The notes under the pieces are model-generated. The model saw only the letters and a program-made list of their open reading frames with translations, was not told the origin of the DNA and did not search any database. A stretch of 57,759 bases of DNA, from NCBI GenBank assembly GCA_018692355.1, contig JABHKE010000023.1, positions 1-57,759 of the forward strand, written 5' to 3'. The translations under genes and the position numbers were made by a program. Positions 50,384-57,759 of this stretch are shown here, piece after piece (position 1 is the first letter of the stretch; each line of letters starts with the position of its first letter). The DNA is from Fidelibacterota bacterium (lineage in GTDB: Bacteria; Fidelibacterota; Marinisomatia; Marinisomatales; UBA1611).

Positions 50384-51757
50384 ATGTTTAAAAAAGTCTT
50401 GATCGCAAATCGTGGCGAAATTGCGCTTCGTATTATTCGTGCCTGCCATGAATTAGGTATTAAAACTGTGGCAGTTTATTCAACAGCGGATGAATTATCC
50501 CTACATGTAAAATTCGCTGATGAAGCTGTTTGCATAGGTCCCCCACCCAGTAATGAGAGTTATTTAAATATTCCCAGAATCATGGCAGCTGCTGAGATTA
50601 CCGGTACAGATGCAATTCACCCCGGTTATGGGTTTCTATCCGAGTCAGCTCAGTTCTCCAAAATTTGTGAAGAGAATGGATTTACTTTTTTGGGACCGAC
50701 ATCCGAAATTATCAATGCCATGGGGAATAAGGCACAGGCCAAGATTACCATGAAAAATGCCAATGTACCTGTGGTCCCGGGTGGTGAAGGTATTTTAGAG
50801 GGTCCAGAAGATGCACAAAACAAAGCGGATGAAATGGGCTATCCGGTTATGCTAAAAGCATCAGCTGGTGGCGGTGGACGAGGAATGCGTCTTGTGAAAA
50901 AATCTGAAGATGTGATATCATCTTATAAATCTGCCAGCCAGGAATCTGTAACTGCTTTTGGCAATGGGGATATGTACATCGAGAAGTTTATTGAAAACCC
51001 TCGTCACGTTGAAGTCCAAATCCTTGCAGATAGCCATGGGAATGCTATTCATCTTGGTGAACGAGAATGTTCAATCCAACGGCGGCACCAGAAATTGGTA
51101 GAAGAATCTCCTTCACCAATTGTAGATGAAGAGACAAGAAAGTTGATTGGTGAAGCAGCAGTTACCGGCGCTAAAGCTGTTAATTATATTGGTGTTGGTA
51201 CCATCGAATTTTTAATGGATAAAAATAAGAATTTCTATTTTATGGAAATGAATACAAGGATCCAAGTTGAACATCCGGTTACAGAAATGGTTACAGGAGT
51301 GGATCTTATCAAACAGCAGATCAAAATGCATGACGGGACGGAATGTCCAGCCAATTTACAAAATTTTCGTTTGCGAGGACATTCCATTGAATGCCGGATC
51401 AATGCGGAAGATCCTGCCAATAATTTTATGCCATTTCCTGGAGTAATCACCAATTTTCACATGCCGGGGGGAAAAGGAGTTAGAGTAGATAGTCATGCCT
51501 ATTCCGGTTATAAGATCCCGACTCAATATGATTCAATGATCGGTAAGATCATCGTTCACGCAAAAAATCGTGAAAGAGCTATTATCAGAATGTGTCGTGC
51601 TTTAGAAGAAACAATTATTTCGGGAATAAAAACAACCATTCCATATCAAATGGCTATTATGGAAAATGAAATATTTAAGTCAGGAGATTTTGATACAAGC
51701 TTTCTTGAAACGTTCAACTACGACTCTGAAAAATACGCTCACAAGGATGAAAAATAA
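50384..51757 (+). CDS. accC: Acetyl-CoA carboxylase biotin carboxylase subunit
   Basis: 457-aa ATP-grasp protein (KASAGGGGRGMR, EMNTRIQVEHPVTE). Confidence 0.95.
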   Translation: MFKKVLIANRGEIALRIIRACHELGIKTVAVYSTADELSLHVKFADEAVCIGPPPSNESYLNIPRIMAAAEITGTDAIHPGYGFLSESAQFSKICEENGFTFLGPTSEIINAMGNKAQAKITMKNANVPVVPGGEGILEGPEDAQNKADEMGYPVMLKASAGGGGRGMRLVKKSEDVISSYKSASQESVTAFGNGDMYIEKFIENPRHVEVQILADSHGNAIHLGERECSIQRRHQKLVEESPSPIVDEETRKLIGEAAVTGAKAVNYIGVGTIEFLMDKNKNFYFMEMNTRIQVEHPVTEMVTGVDLIKQQIKMHDGTECPANLQNFRLRGHSIECRINAEDPANNFMPFPGVITNFHMPGGKGVRVDSHAYSGYKIPTQYDSMIGKIIVHAKNRERAIIRMCRALEETIISGIKTTIPYQMAIMENEIFKSGDFDTSFLETFNYDSEKYAHKDEK

Positions 51758-52134
51758 TGAATACTCCAGACCACCTACATTACACCGAAGACCACGAGTG
51801 GGCAAATTATAACGGGAATGAAGTTACCATTGGTATCACTGATTTCGCCCAGAGTCAATTGGGAGATGTAATTTTTGTTGAACTTCCGGAAGTTGGAGAA
51901 GAAATAATCGCTGGAGAATCTTTTGGTGAAGTTGAAGCAGTTAAAACTGTTTCTGAATTATTTGCACCAATTTCCGGCACCATTTGTGCCGTAAATGAAG
52001 ATTTAGAAGGTTCCCCAGATAAAGTGAATGCTGATCCATATGGAGACGGATGGTTGATTAAAGTAACACCATCAAATGTAGATGAAAAAAAAGAATTAAT
52101 GAATTTTATTTCTTATGAGGAGTTTATCGGTTAA
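51757..52134 (+). CDS. gcvH: Glycine cleavage system H protein
   Basis: 125 aa with the lipoyl-lysine motif EAVKTVSELFAP. Confidence 0.92.
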   Translation: MNTPDHLHYTEDHEWANYNGNEVTIGITDFAQSQLGDVIFVELPEVGEEIIAGESFGEVEAVKTVSELFAPISGTICAVNEDLEGSPDKVNADPYGDGWLIKVTPSNVDEKKELMNFISYEEFIG

Positions 52135-52875
52135 ATGTCTGTTTTTACAAAATTGAATTCTGTCATTGATGAAAAAGGGGCTGCCTATGTGGTCCTAATA
52201 GACCCGGATCGTAAAAACGAAGATTCGTTAGAATCTTGTGTAGAATCTGCGAATATATCAGGAGTAGATGCTCTTTTTGTTGGTGGAAGTTTAATGATGG
52301 ATGGTAAATGCAACGATCGTGTGAAACGAATTAAGGATGTGTCAAATGTTCCTGTGATCTTTTTTCCCGGCGGGGTGGGACAATTAAATTCCTATTATGA
52401 CGCCATGCTTTTTATGTCTGTCATTTCTGGCCGAAACCCTCATTATCTCATTGGGGAGCAGGCCATCGCAGCACCTATGGTAAAAGACATTGGTATAGAA
52501 ACAATTCCAACCGGATATATGCTTATGGATGGTGGTGCAGGATCTACAGTTGAATTCATGAGTGGAACACGTCCGATACCTATGAATCGGTCGGATATTG
52601 CTGTTGCACATGCTTTAGCGGGGCAATACCTCGGAATGAAATTAATTTACCTTGAAGCAGGGAGTGGTGCGAAGGAACCTGTGGCTACGACTGTAGTTGA
52701 AGCAGTGACAGATGCGTTAGATATTTCTGTCATCGTCGGTGGTGGAATTCGAAATCCAAAAATAGCATTAGAAAAAGTTAAAGCTGGTGCTTCTATCATA
52801 GTAACTGGAACAGTGATTGAAGAAAATTCTAACTTGATGTCTGAATTAGCAGACGCGGTGCATTGGAGGGCTTAA
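52135..52875 (+). CDS. Geranylgeranylglyceryl/heptaprenylglyceryl phosphate synthase family protein (GGGPS/PcrB)
   Basis: 246-aa TIM-barrel protein with family blocks LIDPD, FVGGS, IFFPG, SGRNP..LIG, YLEAGSGA, VGGGIR. Confidence 0.8.
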   Translation: MSVFTKLNSVIDEKGAAYVVLIDPDRKNEDSLESCVESANISGVDALFVGGSLMMDGKCNDRVKRIKDVSNVPVIFFPGGVGQLNSYYDAMLFMSVISGRNPHYLIGEQAIAAPMVKDIGIETIPTGYMLMDGGAGSTVEFMSGTRPIPMNRSDIAVAHALAGQYLGMKLIYLEAGSGAKEPVATTVVEAVTDALDISVIVGGGIRNPKIALEKVKAGASIIVTGTVIEENSNLMSELADAVHWRA

Positions 52876-53447
52876 TGCAAGAAAAAATAAAAGAACAAAT
52901 TTTAGCCAGTGCATCCATGAAAGAAGCCATGGTGATTTCGTGTATCGAAGATATAGAATCTGCAGCAAATTTGATGATTCATTCTATCCGAAATAGTGGA
53001 AAAATTTTGTGGTGTGGCAATGGTGGCAGCGCAGGTGATGCCCAACATCTGGCTACGGAATTGATGGGCGGCATGACGAGCCATGAACGGAAGCCAATCC
53101 CGTCTATTGCACTAACGACAGATTCATCTTTTATCACAGCTTGGTCGAATGATACCGATTTTGAATCCATCTTTTCTCGTCAAGTCCAAGGACTTGGAAA
53201 TGAAGGAGATGTTTTAGTCGGTATTTCCACAAGTGGGAATTCAAAAAATGTGATTGCTGCCATTAATCAGGCTAAATATAAAGGGCTTAAAACAGTGGTC
53301 TTTACTGGGAAATTTGGAGGAATGATTAATAATAAGGCTGATGTAACGATTAATGTTCCTAGTGATGACACACAGCGAATTCAGGAAGGACACATCATGA
53401 CAGGCCAGATCATTTGCGGATTGATCGAAGATGACTTTTTAAGCTAA
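52875..53447 (+). CDS. gmhA: SIS-domain D-sedoheptulose-7-phosphate isomerase
   Basis: CGNGGSAGDAQH and GISTSGNS motifs. ATG 52875 overlaps the upstream stop (TAATG). Confidence 0.85.
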   Translation: MQEKIKEQILASASMKEAMVISCIEDIESAANLMIHSIRNSGKILWCGNGGSAGDAQHLATELMGGMTSHERKPIPSIALTTDSSFITAWSNDTDFESIFSRQVQGLGNEGDVLVGISTSGNSKNVIAAINQAKYKGLKTVVFTGKFGGMINNKADVTINVPSDDTQRIQEGHIMTGQIICGLIEDDFLS

Positions 53448-53448
53448 T

Positions 53449-54336
53449 ATGGACACCCATTTTCAAGACTACCTGACCATGCTTCGGGTGGAACGAAATT
53501 TGTCCCCCCGTACTTTGGAAGCTTATCAGCGGGATTTAAAACACTATTTATCTTTTATCGTTGACAAAGGCGTTATATCTCTATCCAATATATCACAAAT
53601 GCATATTCGAGAATATATTCGAAGTTTGAATGAAAAAGGGTTGGCCGCATCCAGTATTGCCAGGATATTTTCATCCATTCGATCCTATCATAAATTTTTA
53701 TCCGCAGAAAACTATGTAAATGAGAATCCAACATTGATTTTAACTAGTCCGAAAGCGCCCAAAAAACTGCCGCACGTTCTCATGGAAGAAGAAATTTCCG
53801 CTATTATCAATGTAGTAGTAGAGACATTTCAGTATGCTAAGCGAGATAAAGCCATTATCGAAATGTTGTATTCATGTGGACTTCGTGTGTCTGAATTATG
53901 TGCCTTGTCCTTAAATAATTTATATTTAAATGATGACATGATCCGTATCATGGGAAAAGGATCAAAAGAACGATTACTACCTGTGGGTGGGCGAGCGAAA
54001 AATTTTCTTAATGATTATTTAATTCACTGCCGTCCAGGAATTCAAAAAGATAAAGGATCAAGTTCAGTATTTTTAAGCCGAAACGGCAATCCTCTAACAC
54101 GGGCTATGATAAATAATATATTACGAAAATGGTCACAGGTTGCCGGCATAAGTAAATCTGTTTCACCGCATACTTTGAGACATTCGTTTGCAACTCATTT
54201 ATTGGAAGGCGGTGCTGATTTAAGATTTGTACAAGCATTGCTGGGGCACAGCGATATTTCTACCACCCAGATTTACACGCATTTGGATAAGCACCATCTA
54301 AAAGAAGTATATCAAACTCATCATCCAAGAAGCTAA
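53449..54336 (+). CDS. xerD: Site-specific tyrosine recombinase XerD/XerC
   Basis: 295 aa with catalytic boxes CGLRVSE, HTLRHSFATHLL and LLGHSDISTTQIYTH. Housekeeping context. Confidence 0.85.
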   Translation: MDTHFQDYLTMLRVERNLSPRTLEAYQRDLKHYLSFIVDKGVISLSNISQMHIREYIRSLNEKGLAASSIARIFSSIRSYHKFLSAENYVNENPTLILTSPKAPKKLPHVLMEEEISAIINVVVETFQYAKRDKAIIEMLYSCGLRVSELCALSLNNLYLNDDMIRIMGKGSKERLLPVGGRAKNFLNDYLIHCRPGIQKDKGSSSVFLSRNGNPLTRAMINNILRKWSQVAGISKSVSPHTLRHSFATHLLEGGADLRFVQALLGHSDISTTQIYTHLDKHHLKEVYQTHHPRS

Positions 54337-54971
54337 TGTTATTCCGTTTGCCACCTGAAGCACTAGTATTATTGATACCAACATTGATGTTTGCCTTGTC
54401 TTTTCATGAATTTGCCCACGCATGGATGGCAGCAGAATGTGGCGATACCACGGCAGCTCGTATGGGACGACTGTCTTTGAACCCTATGGCACATTTGGAT
54501 ATGATGGGATCACTTATGATTTTATTTGTAGGATTTGGCTGGGCGAAACCGGTTCCTGTGGACACGCGCTTTTTACAAAATCCCAGGACAGATATGATGA
54601 AGGTAGCAGCTGCAGGACCTGCGGCTAATTTGATCTTGGCATTAATTGGTGGACTAATTCTTAGATTTTTGAATGGAACAGGACTCTTGACAGACTCTAT
54701 TTTCATATTATTACTTTATTTTACACGAATCAATATTGCATTGGCTGTTTTTAATATGATTCCGGTGGCACCTTTAGATGGTTCACAAATATTTTCCGGT
54801 TGGCTCATGAAAACAAATCCACAATTGGCCTGGAAAATCCAATCCTATGGCCCCCAGGTTTTATTTGGTCTCATACTATTTGGATATATTACAGGATTCT
54901 CTATTATCTGGTTGGTTATGGAACCGTTTGTGAGTTTTTTTATGATGATTTTTTCAGGAATATCAATCTAG
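54336..54971 (+). CDS. Site-2 protease family (peptidase M50) membrane metalloprotease
   Basis: 211 aa with HEFAHAW (HExxH) in a TM helix and NMIPVAPLDG (the second zinc-ligand motif). Confidence 0.85.
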   Translation: MLFRLPPEALVLLIPTLMFALSFHEFAHAWMAAECGDTTAARMGRLSLNPMAHLDMMGSLMILFVGFGWAKPVPVDTRFLQNPRTDMMKVAAAGPAANLILALIGGLILRFLNGTGLLTDSIFILLLYFTRINIALAVFNMIPVAPLDGSQIFSGWLMKTNPQLAWKIQSYGPQVLFGLILFGYITGFSIIWLVMEPFVSFFMMIFSGISI

Positions 54972-54974
54972 CTG

Positions 54975-55100
54975 ATGAATTATTTTAAACAATTAATCCC
55001 GATACGGCGAAGAAAAGGGCGATCTCTTTGGTGGATTCTTACCATGCTCATGATTGTTCTTTTTTTCATTGTCTATTTAAGAAATATTGCTATCCAATAA
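54975..55100 (+). CDS. Possible 41-aa single-TM protein (below ORF-track cutoff)
   Basis: MNYFKQLIPIRRRKGRSLWWILTMLMIVLFFIVYLRNIAIQ fills the M50-ftcD gap exactly, with a basic N-terminus and one TM helix. No homology evidence. Confidence 0.25.
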   Translation: MNYFKQLIPIRRRKGRSLWWILTMLMIVLFFIVYLRNIAIQ

Positions 55101-55103
55101 AAT

Positions 55104-56804
55104 ATGAAAAAGCTAGTGGAATGCGTCCCAAACTTTTCTGAAGGTCGGGACCAGAATAAAATTGGCGACATCCTCAAACAAATGTCAGATGTCCCAGGTA
55201 TTACGGTGCTGGATGTTGACTCTGGTCCTGATACCAATCGGACTGTTGTGACCATCGTAGGTTCACCCGAAGCAGTTGGCGAAGCTGCATTTCAGGGAAT
55301 CAAACGTGCATCCGAAGTTCTGGATATGAGTCAACATTCTGGAACACATCCAAGAATGGGTGCCACAGATGTTTGTCCCTTTATTCCTGTCAGTGATGTA
55401 ACAATTCAAGAATGCGTAGAATTATCCAAACAAGTTGGCCAGCGTGTTGGCGATGAGCTTAGAACTCCTGTTTATCTTTATGAAAAATCAGCCCAAAAAG
55501 ACAATCGTGTTAAACTACCGGATATTCGAAAAGGAGAATATGAAGGTTTTGCTGAAAAATTAACCGATCCAAATTGGGAACCGGATTTTGGTCCCGCCAA
55601 GCTTCATATGAAAGCTGGAGCTACGGTCATGGGTTGCCGGGAATTTCTTATTGCCTATAATATTAATCTCAATACCAAAGACCATCGTTTGGCTACAGAT
55701 ATTGCGTTTGAACTCCGTGAAGCAGGGCGTAGTAAAAGGACACCAAATCCAAACTCAAAAAATTTACTTGATGGCGAAATTGTTCGGAACGAGGATGGAA
55801 GTCCGGTAAAAGTTCCGGGCATGTTTAAAGATGTGAAAGGCATCGGGTGGTATGTGGATATATATAACCGAGCGCAAATTTCTATAAATTTTAATAATTT
55901 TAAAGTGTCCACCATTCATGATGTTTTTGATGCGGCATGTATATTAGCAAACGAACGAGGAATTAGGGTTACGGGAAGTGAATTGGTAGGACTCATACCG
56001 TTAGAAGCCATGCTCATGGCCGGGAGACACTATCTTAATAAACAGAATCGGTCTTTGGGTGTACCTACAGCAGATATAGTCGAATGTGCGGTCCAGTCAC
56101 TGGGATTAAACGATGTTACAGAATTTGATCCCAATGTTAAAATTATTGATTATGCAGTACAGTTCGAAGATCGTCCGCTGATGAATTTAGTTGGAAAGGA
56201 ATTTGTTGAAGAATTATCTACAAATAGCCCTGCGCCAGGCGGAGGGAGTGTTTCAGCATTGGCCGGAGCCTTAGGCGCTGCATTATCATCTATGGTGGCT
56301 GCTCTGTCCCATGAAAAAAAGGAACTATTAGATCTGAAACCGGAAATGAGTGAGATCGGAATAGAAGCACAAAAATTAAAAGATCGTCTATCATTTTTGG
56401 TGGATGAAGATACAAATGCATTCAATAAGGTTATGGATGCCAATCGGTTGTCTGCAACAAATGACGAAGAACAAACAGCCAAAAATCAAGCAATTGAGAT
56501 TGCAAATAAATATGCCATTGAAATTCCAATGGAGACGGCAAAAAAATGTTTTTGTGTTATTGAGTTAGCCGATACACTGGTGGAAAAAGGCAACCCTAAT
56601 TCTGTTTCTGATGCGGGTGTTGCAGCGGAAGTTGCTTTGGCAGGTGTAAGTGGCGCATGTATGAATGTGCTGATAAATCTCACCAGTGTTGAAGATGAAT
56701 CGTATTGCGACGATATGAAGAATAAAGTAGAAGACATCATGGAAAAGGCGGAATCCCTACAAAAGGTTGTATTTGAAAAAACAATGAACATCATTAATGA
56801 TTAA
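55104..56804 (+). CDS. ftcD: Bifunctional glutamate formimidoyltransferase / formimidoyltetrahydrofolate cyclodeaminase
   Basis: N-terminus VECVPNFSEGRD is typical of the transferase. The C-terminal ~200 aa is a helical cyclodeaminase-like domain (SPAPGGGSVSALAGALGAAL). Confidence 0.85.
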   Translation: MKKLVECVPNFSEGRDQNKIGDILKQMSDVPGITVLDVDSGPDTNRTVVTIVGSPEAVGEAAFQGIKRASEVLDMSQHSGTHPRMGATDVCPFIPVSDVTIQECVELSKQVGQRVGDELRTPVYLYEKSAQKDNRVKLPDIRKGEYEGFAEKLTDPNWEPDFGPAKLHMKAGATVMGCREFLIAYNINLNTKDHRLATDIAFELREAGRSKRTPNPNSKNLLDGEIVRNEDGSPVKVPGMFKDVKGIGWYVDIYNRAQISINFNNFKVSTIHDVFDAACILANERGIRVTGSELVGLIPLEAMLMAGRHYLNKQNRSLGVPTADIVECAVQSLGLNDVTEFDPNVKIIDYAVQFEDRPLMNLVGKEFVEELSTNSPAPGGGSVSALAGALGAALSSMVAALSHEKKELLDLKPEMSEIGIEAQKLKDRLSFLVDEDTNAFNKVMDANRLSATNDEEQTAKNQAIEIANKYAIEIPMETAKKCFCVIELADTLVEKGNPNSVSDAGVAAEVALAGVSGACMNVLINLTSVEDESYCDDMKNKVEDIMEKAESLQKVVFEKTMNIIND

Positions 56805-57759
56805 AGCATTATCAGAAGATCTTCGGAATAAAATTTCTGCCGGTGAAGTAGTGGAGCGGCCAGCATCCGTCGTTAAAGAATTAATTGAAAACAGTCTGGA
56901 TGCCAACGCCACCGAAATTTCAATCGTGGTTGAAAAGGGTGGACATCAAACTATCCAAGTTCGAGATAATGGAAGTGGTATGTCTCCTGAACAATTGCCA
57001 TCTTCGGTTCTTCGATATCATACCAGTAAAATAGCAACATTGGATGATCTATTTTCGATCAATACACTGGGGTTTCGTGGTGAAGCATTGGCAAGTATTG
57101 CATCTGTCTCAGAAATGTCGATCTTATCCAGTGATGGAACAGGCGAAGGGGCGGAATTACCTATTATTGATGGGCATGCTGGAGAAATTCAACCTGCTGC
57201 AGAAATTGGTGGGACAGAAATAACTATCCGTAATCTATTTTATAATACACCAGCTCGTAAAAAATTTCTTAAAACTCCCCGGACAGAACTAAGAAAAATA
57301 GTGGATGTGGTTCGTCGTTTTGGACTTGCCTTTCCGGAAGTTTCATTCAAACTGGTTTCAGATGACAGGGATATTTTTCATGTAAAAACTGAAAATTTGG
57401 AAGACCGAATTGATAATTTATTAGATCCCACTTATTCTAGAAATTTGCTTCCAATCAATTTAGTAAAAGGTGATTATGCCTTCTCCGGATTTGTAGGCAA
57501 TCTGAATTTGGTCCGATCCAGACCGGGAGAACAATATCTTTTTTTAAATCGCAGATTTATTAAGGATCGATTGATGAATACTGCAGTTTATGGAGCCTAT
57601 GAATCTTTGGTAAAACGGGGTGAGTATCCATTTTTTGTTATCAATCTTATTTTACCAACGGATCAAGTGGATGTGAATGTGCATCCCATGAAAACAGAAG
57701 TCAGGTTTAAAGATGAATGGCGTGTTTTTCATGTTTTAAAAGCGGGAGTGAATGATTCA
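56797..57759 (+). CDS. mutL: DNA mismatch repair protein MutL, N-terminal part (3' end outside window)
   Basis: ATG 56797 overlaps ftcD by 8 nt. It encodes MIKALSEDLRNKISAGEVVERPASVVKELIENSLDA plus later GHKL ATPase motifs (DNGSGM, LGFRGEAL). The frame is open to the window end, so it is absent from the ORF track. Confidence 0.93.
   Translation, partial: MIKALSEDLRNKISAGEVVERPASVVKELIENSLDANATEISIVVEKGGHQTIQVRDNGSGMSPEQLPSSVLRYHTSKIATLDDLFSINTLGFRGEALASIASVSEMSILSSDGTGEGAELPIIDGHAGEIQPAAEIGGTEITIRNLFYNTPARKKFLKTPRTELRKIVDVVRRFGLAFPEVSFKLVSDDRDIFHVKTENLEDRIDNLLDPTYSRNLLPINLVKGDYAFSGFVGNLNLVRSRPGEQYLFLNRRFIKDRLMNTAVYGAYESLVKRGEYPFFVINLILPTDQVDVNVHPMKTEVRFKDEWRVFHVLKAGVNDS

Noticed and set aside
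53449-54336. XerD-like recombinase as the integrase of the repeat modules
   Set aside because: It lies 24 kb away in a conserved housekeeping context (gmhA - xerD - M50 protease). It has standard XerC/D length and motifs, and nothing links it to the 27.3-29.6 kb locus.

Overview
This 57.8-kb window is a tightly packed, mostly core-genome segment of a low-GC diderm bacterium. About 60 genes lie on the + strand and only one small gene (nqrM-like) on the - strand. Many neighbouring genes overlap by 1-11 nt (ATGA, TAATG, GTGA junctions), which suggests translational coupling. The gene content includes Na+-NQR, tilS-hpt-ftsH-folP-cdaA, LolCDE-like, TamB/TamA, MoxR-DUF58 and a GGGPS-family prenyltransferase. 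This points to a marine FCB-group or Marinimicrobia-like lineage, but that is inference only.

Gene order along the window:
- nqrA(partial)BCDEF, apbE, nqrM, and an IT-superfamily permease
- PduO-type adenosyltransferase, nrnA, ispH, pdxS, pdxT, dxs, cstA
- methylmalonyl-CoA-mutase catalytic subunit
- ccmABC(D), an archaeal-type GAPDH homologue, and an MBL hydrolase
- tilS, hpt, ftsH, folP, cdaA
- [accessory repeat locus]
- prfB (programmed +1 frameshift), lysS, lolC/E-like x2, lolD, clpC, dnaK
- tamB, tamA-like Omp85, and a TPR lipoprotein
- moxR, DUF58, and a BatD/DUF4381-like protein
- efp, accB, accC, gcvH, GGGPS-family protein, gmhA, xerD, M50 protease, bifunctional ftcD, mutL (partial)

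The one clearly non-core stretch is 27294-29614, between cdaA and prfB. It holds two tandem cassette-like modules of about 1.07-1.08 kb. Each module has a tRNA-Ser(GCU)-derived segment, a terminator hairpin, a conserved leader, and a signal-peptide protein with a conserved N-terminus and an unrelated C-terminus. The tRNA-derived sequence is distributed in a permuted, att-like way: the 3' part only at the left, a contiguous stretch in the middle, and the 5' part only at the right. No recombinase is adjacent. This is my best candidate for something undescribed.

I saw no CRISPR array, rRNA, intact tRNA or recognisable IS element.
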